A stretch of DNA of 38,207 nt from a virus. Lineage: Duplodnaviria; Caudoviricetes. Shown here one piece after another: positions 8,899-18,200 of this stretch (position 1 is its first letter; each line of letters begins with the position of its first letter). A model generated the notes under the pieces. The model saw only the letters and a list, made by a program, of their open reading frames with translations, had not been told where the DNA came from and ran no database searches. Where the stretch lies: IMG/VR virus record IMGVR_UViG_3300027887_000028, positions 1 through 38,207 of that record; one strand, 5' to 3'. A program made the translations under genes and the position numbers.

Positions 8899-9901
8899 AT
8901 AAAATAGAATCAATCATTGAAGCAGGAACTCTTAATAGATATGCTGCATTATCCTGAAATCCAAATGTTATTAATAAATCATCATTAAAAAATGTCATCC
9001 CACAAGAAAACTCTATCTCTCCTGTCATGAATGAAAAAGCATCAGTAAGTTGAACAATCTTCCAATCATTATCCCATACAACAAATCTATGAAAGTATTT
9101 TGCATCTTTCTGTCCAAGTTTATTCTGGAATAATCTTACCTCATGTACAAGACATATTCTGTCTACCTTATATGGAATGACCTGGGATCCTCCGCGAAGA
9201 TCTCCTTCGAGTTGAAATACTTGTGATGAAAGAAATATTTGTTTTGATGTCTTTGTTTTAGGATTAACTTCAACTATTTCTGTTGGATTGCACCATTTAA
9301 CATAAGTATATGGAAGATCAGTTACTGGCATCCAATTCTTTTCGCAATAAGATTCATGAACTATTGCAGGTATTCGAAAACGAGTTGATTCTCTTACCAT
9401 ATCTGGCTTACTTGGATTAATTAGAATATGTGATAATTCAATCCTTCCCTGTCCAGGTTTATTCCCGGGATCAGGGATAACATCACGTCTTACTCCACTA
9501 AGATAAAGTTTACCATCCCATCTTACAAGTCTGGCATCTTCAAGACCATGAAAATCCCATACCGGTTCAATATCACATTTCGAAGTATCAACTTTATAAT
9601 ATTCTTTTATTTCAAAAGTCTCTTTGTCAAGTATACAGATAAAATTGGTAGTTTTTAGTTTGATATCATTTTCCGGATTAAGATAAGCCAGGGGTCCATA
9701 ACGGTTCTGGAATAACTGACCTTCCTCACAATGATAAAGTACATAGTTTACATGACGTAGGTTAACAATAAGTTCTCCATTATCGTCAAGTAAAATTGAA
9801 GGATTCATAAGTCCTGTGCCACCAGTTTCATTTCCTGGTATTACAAGTGGAAGAATAGATCCTCCACCGGCTAATACTCTTTTACAAAGATTTCGATCCA
9901 T
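8885..9901 (-). CDS. Five-bladed beta-propeller glyco-enzyme (GH130/GT91/GT108-like)
   Basis: Motifs MNPSI, GLEDARL, EKNWMP, LRGGSQ, YFHRF, IEFSCG and ITFG.QD occur in the expected blade order. Confidence 0.7.
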   Translation of the reverse strand: MDRNLCKRVLAGGGSILPLVIPGNETGGTGLMNPSILLDDNGELIVNLRHVNYVLYHCEEGQLFQNRYGPLAYLNPENDIKLKTTNFICILDKETFEIKEYYKVDTSKCDIEPVWDFHGLEDARLVRWDGKLYLSGVRRDVIPDPGNKPGQGRIELSHILINPSKPDMVRESTRFRIPAIVHESYCEKNWMPVTDLPYTYVKWCNPTEIVEVNPKTKTSKQIFLSSQVFQLEGDLRGGSQVIPYKVDRICLVHEVRLFQNKLGQKDAKYFHRFVVWDNDWKIVQLTDAFSFMTGEIEFSCGMTFFNDDLLITFGFQDNAAYLLRVPASMIDSILYEQY

Positions 9902-9950
9902 GAGAAATAAATATAATTATTAAAAAAATAAAATATAAAAAAGAAAATAA

Positions 9951-10391
9951 TTAACTTTCAAGAAACTCAAGTATAAGATGATATCCGGTTGCAGGTATTG
10001 GTGGCCCCCATACTACCTCAGAATAAGAATCAAGTGAGTCGTAAGCAGAATATGCTGAATTATAGAATATCACAGTGGCTACAAGTGCATTTGTCTTATT
10101 ATAAACCCTGCATCTGATCAAAAGAGAAGCAATGTCATGATCAGTTGTTGCTTCACTAAATGATATAGTTCCCCAATATGTGCTCATTGAAGGGGCAACA
10201 AGTATAGTCCATCCAGAAGCATCTACAGTAAGATATGAAGTATATGTATTAACATCAATACATTGCTTCCACGTTCCACTTATTTTGATATAATCAATAA
10301 CATCAGTATGCCATACTCCAGATATCCTTCTCCAAATGGCTTTTACTTCACGCCAGGTAGATCCTATTTTTACAAATGTCTTCCTTGCCAT
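9951..10391 (-). CDS. Small tail-fibre-associated protein
   Basis: Three N-terminal repeats VKIGSTW / RRISGVW / IKISGTW of the kind common in phage fibre proteins. Start lies 2 nt after the upstream collagen gene stop. Confidence 0.6.
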   Translation of the reverse strand: MARKTFVKIGSTWREVKAIWRRISGVWHTDVIDYIKISGTWKQCIDVNTYTSYLTVDASGWTILVAPSMSTYWGTISFSEATTDHDIASLLIRCRVYNKTNALVATVIFYNSAYSAYDSLDSYSEVVWGPPIPATGYHLILEFLES

Positions 10392-10393
10392 GA

Positions 10394-11359
10394 TTATTCA
10401 TATTGAAAATATACATCACCATCACTACCACCAGAAGGTGCAGCTGTCCCAGAAGTAACATTTATTGTTCCTATGACTCCTTGTACCCCCTGAGTTCCGG
10501 TATTTCCCTGTGCGCCTTGTATTCCTCTTGGTCCTTGCGTTCCTTGCATTCCTATTGATCCTTGTGCTCCTGTTACTGATTGACCTATCACACCTTGGGT
10601 ACCTTGAGTTCCTTGACCAGACGCCATTCCTTGAGGTCCAAAATTTCCCTGAATACCCTGAATACCAAGAGGACCTTGTGATCCGGTAGTTCCCTGCATA
10701 GATCCAGCCATCCCTTGATTACCTTGTATTCCCTGAACTCCAGTTGTTGCCTGTCCTTGTACTCCTGCAAGTCCTTGTATTCCCTGTGAAGAAGCCATGC
10801 CCTGTGGTCCTACGTTACCCTGAATACCCTGTATCCCTGTTTCTCCCTGAATACCTTGAACACCCTGTGGCCCGGCAGCAGGTCCTTGTGTTCCCTGCAC
10901 TCCATATCCTTGAGGACCTATTGCCCCTTGCATTCCTTGTGCTCCTGCCGTTGCCTGATATCCCATAATTCCTTGAGGTCCAATAGTGCCTTGTGCGCCC
11001 TGAACACCTCCTGATGGACCTTGTATGCCGAGAGTACCCTGTAATCCCTGTATACCTATTCCTGTGGCTCCAGTGGCACCTTGTAGTCCTCCTGATCCTG
11101 ATATACCCTGAGATCCTGGAAGACCAAGACCAATAGTTCCCTGTACTCCCTGAATTCCGGAAGAACCCTGAGATCCTAATGAACCTGATGATCCCTGGGA
11201 ACCATCAGCACCCTGTATACCAGTAATGCCTTGTGATCCACGAATTCCTTGTACTCCTGTAGCACCCTGTGTTCCTACAGTAGTTGATGGTTTCATTGGT
11301 TTACCGGAAGCACTATCGAGTTCCGGAAAATCTTTGTTAGATGCAAATTGTATACTCAT
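10394..11359 (-). CDS. Collagen-like fibre protein
   Basis: ~270 aa of interrupted Gly-X-Y (Gln-rich), ending in VTSGTAAPSGGSDGDVYFQYE, a common phage fibre motif. Confidence 0.85.
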   Translation of the reverse strand: MSIQFASNKDFPELDSASGKPMKPSTTVGTQGATGVQGIRGSQGITGIQGADGSQGSSGSLGSQGSSGIQGVQGTIGLGLPGSQGISGSGGLQGATGATGIGIQGLQGTLGIQGPSGGVQGAQGTIGPQGIMGYQATAGAQGMQGAIGPQGYGVQGTQGPAAGPQGVQGIQGETGIQGIQGNVGPQGMASSQGIQGLAGVQGQATTGVQGIQGNQGMAGSMQGTTGSQGPLGIQGIQGNFGPQGMASGQGTQGTQGVIGQSVTGAQGSIGMQGTQGPRGIQGAQGNTGTQGVQGVIGTINVTSGTAAPSGGSDGDVYFQYE

Positions 11360-11607
11360 TTCGGCCAGGTTAATGATAATTGTGTACCAAGTTCAAAGAG
11401 TGATTGTATCTGATCATCAGCAAGACCATCAGAAGTCACGTCATAATCACGAAGAGCATACATGACATTATCAAACATCATAAGATGTTCTTCTTTCTTA
11501 AAAGCATCAGAATCCATTCGTCTGCGAAGTTTCGCAACGACATCTGCGAATTTTATCTCGTTAAGAAATAAAATATCCAATGAATCATTATATTCTGTCT
11601 GTGTCAT
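11356..11607 (-). CDS. Small hypothetical protein, probably tail-associated
   Basis: 83-aa acidic helical ORF. ATGA overlap with the downstream collagen gene; 1 nt from the upstream gene. Confidence 0.65.
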   Translation of the reverse strand: MTQTEYNDSLDILFLNEIKFADVVAKLRRRMDSDAFKKEEHLMMFDNVMYALRDYDVTSDGLADDQIQSLFELGTQLSLTWPK

Positions 11608-11608
11608 A

Positions 11609-12211
11609 TCACCAGGTATCTACCACGCTATAATAGTCGAATACTCCTTGTATCAGAGTTGCAAAGTTTTTAAACTCTAATACTTTCCCATAATCAGCTG
11701 CATTTTCAGCCATGTCAAGGTATATCCTTTGCAAGAATATATCCCTGTTGATACGATATATCTCGTCTGTCATAGGAAAGACAAGAAGATCTGATACCAT
11801 TGTTCTCGTCATAAATTTCCATTTAGCAAGGAATGCCTGGGGATTTTCAAAGTAAGGAAATGTCCCTACAGCATATGACCCTTCACTAAAAGATATCTTT
11901 ATGATATAATATCCTTCCGGAAATCTGTCTGGTGCAGCAACTCCGCCAATGGTAAGACTGGAAAGTTCAATGACATGACCTGCAGTCCTGTCAAGAAATT
12001 CATTGAATTTCGTTGCATCAGCACCAACAATAAGTTCGTATGGATCAAAATTGATGAGAACATCATTCTCGTCATAATACGATATCTCTACAGTTGCTAT
12101 TGTAGTAAACCCTGATTCTCCATTCCAAACAGAGTTATCTGTGATCTTCAGTTGCATGGCATCCTGGGATTCCTGTGCAAGAAAAGATGGGAAAAAGGCG
12201 GTATATGCCAT
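11609..12211 (-). CDS. Hypothetical virion protein (candidate fibre-attachment/hub)
   Basis: 200-aa ORF with beta-rich N-terminus and helical C-terminus, first gene after the RNAP and before the fibre genes. Function inferred from position only. Confidence 0.5.
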   Translation of the reverse strand: MAYTAFFPSFLAQESQDAMQLKITDNSVWNGESGFTTIATVEISYYDENDVLINFDPYELIVGADATKFNEFLDRTAGHVIELSSLTIGGVAAPDRFPEGYYIIKISFSEGSYAVGTFPYFENPQAFLAKWKFMTRTMVSDLLVFPMTDEIYRINRDIFLQRIYLDMAENAADYGKVLEFKNFATLIQGVFDYYSVVDTW

Positions 12212-12229
12212 AATTTTATTTTTTTAAAG

Positions 12230-15200
12230 TTAACGATTAGTCTTTAATTCATCATAGATACTCGGATTTGTTCTTAAAGAATTTTTCTTTTGTATGCTTT
12301 TCCTTGATTCTTCAAAGCTCTCATGTGATTCCCTGGGTGATATTGTTTTTTTCTTGCCAAAAAATTTATCATGTTTCTTAGCATCTTCAAAATATCCATC
12401 TATGGTCTCCTGATCAATAATATTTTCTTCAATCATATTCTGATATCCCCTGTAAGAATTATTATCCCGAAGTATCTTATCAAGTTCTTTCTGGTAGTTC
12501 TGTATGTCTCGTACCTCCCATGTAATTTCTTTATTCTGCAAAGCGCGCCAGGTAAGAGCTTTCTTCTTTACTGCAATCATTGCTTCATACTTTGCAATAT
12601 CTCTATTACGTTCCCTCCATGATATTGACTCATCCATCGTTTCAATGGTCTGTTTGATTATTTCTTCAGAATATCCTTTCCTTCTCATAGTCCTGACAAC
12701 AGATCTGAAATCACCAAGCCACATACCTGTACTTATGATTGACTTACCTAATCCACCTGCAGGAACGAATCCAAGGGCATCCTTAACGAATTTAGGCCAT
12801 TTCTCAGGCATTGATCCATCTTTGGTATAGATACCTTCATCTTTCCAGAATCCGTGCTGTATTGCTTCTTCAAATCCTTTCTCCTGCCATGTATCAACAA
12901 AGTTATCTCCCATGCTATACATATATGTACTAAAATCTACTATGAAATTTTTCATATTTAGTATAGCATCAATATAAGCAATACCAAAGTTATCACCGAG
13001 ATTACTCCATTGTTTTGGCTGGAGATACATAAACATATCATTATTATAACGGATAAGAAATTTTAACCAGAATGATCCTGCAATCTGTTTGAATTTACGT
13101 TCATCATCACCACCTGATTTTATTGCTGCAATAGCAATACTTATCGCAAGGAAACTTGCCATCTGAAGAAATGCGGCGACTAACTTCTTTTTGTCATTTT
13201 CCGAGAAGTCAGATTTCATGTTTATTCTTCCGCCATTTCTGGCTGATATAAGAAGATCAATATAATCCTTTGTGTTTTTAAGCACATATTTTTTTCTCTC
13301 TCCATCTTCTTTTATCTTATTTTTCATTTCCACCAAGGTAAGAGGCTTTACATTTATTGCTTCTGCTTTCTCAATATCTGGCCATCTCTCAGTAATAACT
13401 TTCATATAACGATCAGCACGTTGTTGTTCAGAAGATATGTTAAATCTTATTGTTCTGGTAAGCATTGAAAGAGAAGTAACAATACCACTATGCACAAGAT
13501 AATCCCTATCAAAATGATATGGAGCTATCTCTTCCCATACCATTGCAGGGATCCATTTCTTAAACTGTGCAAGACTTCGACCAAGATTAGTGTTCCAGAA
13601 TGGTGCAGCATTTTCCGGACGATAATCACCATGAATACTTTTTACTATACTTGATAATCTTTGCCGACGATATGGACTAAGATGTTTATATTTTGTCTCA
13701 TCAATAATATTTCCTTCTTCATCATAAGCGTTCCATTCATCTTCTGTCATGAGACCAATATACACAGGAAATTGGTTCATCTTTTCCACTTTATCCATTA
13801 AAACATAACCTTTCTCGGCAATCTGATTAATAGTAAATCTACTATGAGTCTTGTCTTCCCATGAATATTTTACTCCTGACATCTTGGCTAGTTCATCAAA
13901 ACGAGCTTCATCAATCACAGTACCAATACCATAACGACCAATGATGTTTAAAGCCTTTTTAGGATTATGTCTGAATCTACCTATTCCCTTAGCCCATGCT
14001 GCAGGTTCTCGGATGATATCCATACTCTGACCAATAGCAAAGTTATAAATAGATGTTTTCGGAGCCCAGGCAATCTTTGCAAGTGAGTTAACTTTTGTAA
14101 AGAAATCAACGAGTGCTGTTGCTTCTGAACTAAGATTCTTTCCACGTTTAAAGACAAGAAAATCTGTAAACTCAGCAAGATACTTCTGAATATTAGTCCG
14201 ACCTTCGTATGCCTTCAGTACATAATCAATAGGCGCCATAGTACGCTTCATATAGAAAGCAAACAGATTTGATTCCATAACTTTCTCTTCTGCTTCAATG
14301 ATATACTTTGTCTGGAATACAGTATGAAGGCTATGCATGGATGATATCCTGCGTTGACGATTTGATGGTAGTTTATTTCCTTTTCCTTTTCCGGTATTAT
14401 AATTCTTCTGTACTTCTCTATGATAATAAGCAAGTTTCCCGGGGATCATACTTGACTTCCTTATTCCAGGTATATGCCTAAATTTATGTCTCCATCGCTT
14501 TCCAAGCCAATCTTCCTTTGTATTAGCATCTTCCATCTGATCGATATAATCATCCTTTATATCTTTCCATTTCATGTATTTACCGGGGATCTCCTTTAGA
14601 ATACCATCAACTCTTTCTACAAGCTGGACATGAGTATCATCATATATTGAAGGCTGTAATAATTCATGTAATACTCCACCCCAACTACGACCAATGGTAG
14701 GATCTTCCTGCATCTCTTCACGTGTAGCAAATACTTTTGTTACCGGAATAAGCATTGGATATTTAGTCTGTCCTTTTGCTTCAGCCTGTTTCTTGGCATA
14801 GACATATGGAGAAACAAAAGTGTAGTAATGATTATATATTATTTCAAGAAAGTCTTTCTCTGATTCACTAAGGTTTCTTGTGTTTGGAAGTACATAATGT
14901 TTATGACCACGCTTAGTACTTACGACATTATCAATATCGAAATCTTTAGGATAATCTTTGTTATCCTTATTTAACATGAAACGTGCTAATTTATGTCGTA
15001 AAACATATTGTTCCTCTGCTGCTTTACGAAATCCTTTCTCCAATCCATACATGAGATAATTGAAGTGAGTATATTCAGAGCTCATCATCCTTGCCGGCTG
15101 CCAATAATATCCTTGTTTCCACCATCCATCAAGATCCATTATCTCTTTTTCAGGTCTGGTAAGCATATAATAAACATTCAACGTCATTGGCATCATTGAT

Positions 15201-18200
15201 GAAGGTCCAAATTTATGTTCGGTACGTATCTGTTCAGCCATATCATGGTTAACAAGAACTTCACCAAGAAATTCCCGGAGAGGTTTACTGATATCATCAT
15301 TTGCCAGGTCATGATAGATCTGTACCATCTCATCATAATTATTCATGAGCTTCAATATCTTCTCCCTAGTATCATATTCTCCGAAGAATCTCCACAATCT
15401 ACCTTCAGATGCCTGGTTCTCAGGAGTGATATCAGCATTATGTACCCAATGTTCCTGCATGATAGGTTCCTCAATGGATATATACCTTTGTACAAAATTC
15501 TCTTTCTCGGTATGCCTTAACTTGTCTGGTGTTTCGTCATATGCAAGAACACCCTCATCCGCGGCTACCTGATAAATAGTATGTTCAACATTTGTCTCAT
15601 CATCCTTAACACGAACCCATTTATATCTGTGATTGATCTCTGTTACTGTGAATATGCGGAACTCTTTATATTTCTTCTTTGCTCCCGGAACTTCATAGAT
15701 TTCAACGATCTTCTGATCTTTCTTAATATTCTTTGTTCCTACCTCATGAGAATAGATATCAATACCATCAATATTAGTATGATAATACGTTCTATTCTGT
15801 TGTTCTTCAGTAAGTTTTGGATTAAGAACTCTTTTGGTATTAGCGCCTACCTTTGTTTCTTTGAAGAATGTCTTTTTACTTTCAAGATATTGCCGTTTCT
15901 GTATATTCCTGTCAGTAAGGAATAAAAATAGTTCAAATGGATAATCTGCATAATCTTTTGAATCATATCCCAGATCCATTACAAACTTACGATGCCTGGA
16001 ACGAAGACCATTGTTTCGTATATCCTGAAGCGTCCCATGCGTTATCTCAGAAAGAGGGACCGTTGATACCGTTGACAGATAAGATTCAGCAGACATCAGT
16101 TCCTTGCGTATAGGTGCAGATACACCAGCCTGCTTTAGTTTGAAATCAAATTCCGGAAATGAGGCTTCAAGATCCTTATAAACTTCTGCAAATTTGGTAA
16201 GCAATCCAATAGCAAGATCTTTCTCGTAAGCAATCTTAACGGAGTTCTTTAAAGCATAAGTTATTTCTGTTCCGGGTTCTTCAACTATATTTGATATCCT
16301 TGCCTTGCTTATGAGTCCATTTTCATCAACTTCACGCATGATAGGAACTACATATAAACCAACAACCTTATTCTTTTCTCCTTTCTGTATTTCATTTTCC
16401 TGTTCTTCCAGTATAGCAGCTTCAATACTTAATTGGAGTATATGTTTTGTTTTTTTGGATTGTTTTAGATTAGATACAGGAGATCGTAACATACCATAGT
16501 TCTTGGTATAATCATCGGTCTCTTTGTTATCCTTATCCTTAAATTCCTTATCAGTGGTTTTAAAGTCAAAGACAATAAGTTCATGATTACCTATATCAAC
16601 AATCAGGTCAGCGATACCAAAAAGTTTGAAATTTAATGATATAAGATCCTGCTCTGCATAGAATGTCGCTTGTGGATATTTGGCAAGTATTTCAGCTTTC
16701 AGATGATTCAATGTCTTAACATATTCTGCAAGGACTTCTTTTGTGGTAAACCTACTTGTAAGTTGATCAGTTATTGACTTATCCATAAATACTGCTTCAG
16801 CAATAGCATGTATATCTGTTCCGGCAATACCTGACTCTGCCCATTTGAGTTTTAATCCTTCAAGTTCATCTTCTATCATCTTTGGTGTAGGATCCATTCT
16901 AGTAACCTTCTTATAACTGGATTTAAACTTCTCAATACTCATTGATGCTGTTTCATCAGGATCGAATTGGAAGTACTCGAATTTCTTTATCACACTTGTT
17001 ATTCCGGGCAGTTCAATATTTCCCAGTCGGCAACTATGGGCAGATTTATCTCTGTCAATACCATGATCTTTTTTATCAAGAAGTACAAGATTTTTTACCT
17101 CGGCATGACCTTCAATTGTTTCAAGTTTTATTCCGTCTTTATTGGTATAGATATTCCTTACCATATCAGTAACAAGATCTTTTCCGGAATACTTACCAAA
17201 GAATATTTTTACCTGTCTCCAAAAGTCTCTTAGTAATTCAAGAAACCTGTCAAATCGGGACATATCGAGAAATTTCGTGGCATATTCGGTACCTACATGA
17301 CCAATATCAAATATGATCATTTCATCAAGTTCATTAAGGTCATATTGATCAGCTGGGTAAAACTCACGATATAGATCCCTTAATTTCTTCTTCTCTGGCT
17401 GTTCTGCAGGCAGATGATCCCAATAGATATGTGACATCTCATGAAAGATGATCTCTTGTATATCACTATCAGGATTGATAAATATGGCATTCTTAAAAGC
17501 ATGACCAATAGCTGACAGGTTTACATCTTTTAATCTGTTTCCATTTAACCTGACATGATTATAGAAAGTATCTCTATCAGTGAATAACCTCAGATCCGGA
17601 TATTGTTTTTTAAGGAATGAGTATATGCGGTCCTGTAACCCAGGATCATTCGTTATCATTGCTTCAGTGTGAACATCACCTTTTATAAGACTTCTTACCG
17701 GATTCTCTGTCTGATCTTCATTAGGAAAATGAAGTTTTGCTTTTTGTTCCTGACGTTCTCTGAATAGTTTTATCGCTGACTTAGCATGTCCACTGATAGA
17801 TAACTTTGTAGTATCTTCCGACGATATACCAAGAACTTCTTTTATCCAATCATTCAATCCTTTAATTCCATGTTCAAGAAGTATATTGGTGTATTCTTCG
17901 ACGATCTGTGCTTTATCAGTATTATTAATTGATTCTATTGATTCAAGAGCATCAGTAGATACCGGACTTTTTATTAGTGGTTCATTATAGTAATCAATGA
18001 TTGATGAATAAGTGACACCTGAATCTTCATCGCGAACATTACGATTACTAATAGTTCTTTGCATCCACTTGGCAATACGATATTTTTCCAGTGAAGTGAA
18101 ATCATCAGATAACCATTTCTCTTTTTCTTCCGACATCTTCCTGGATAACTCAACACGATACTTATCACCAAAAAGATAAAAGAATCCACCATTGGATGAT

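Noticed and set aside
9902-9950. Promoter or terminator in the almost pure A/T gap
   Set aside because: No hairpin or recognisable Bacteroidota TAnnTTTG element; cannot be supported beyond being an AT-rich leader.
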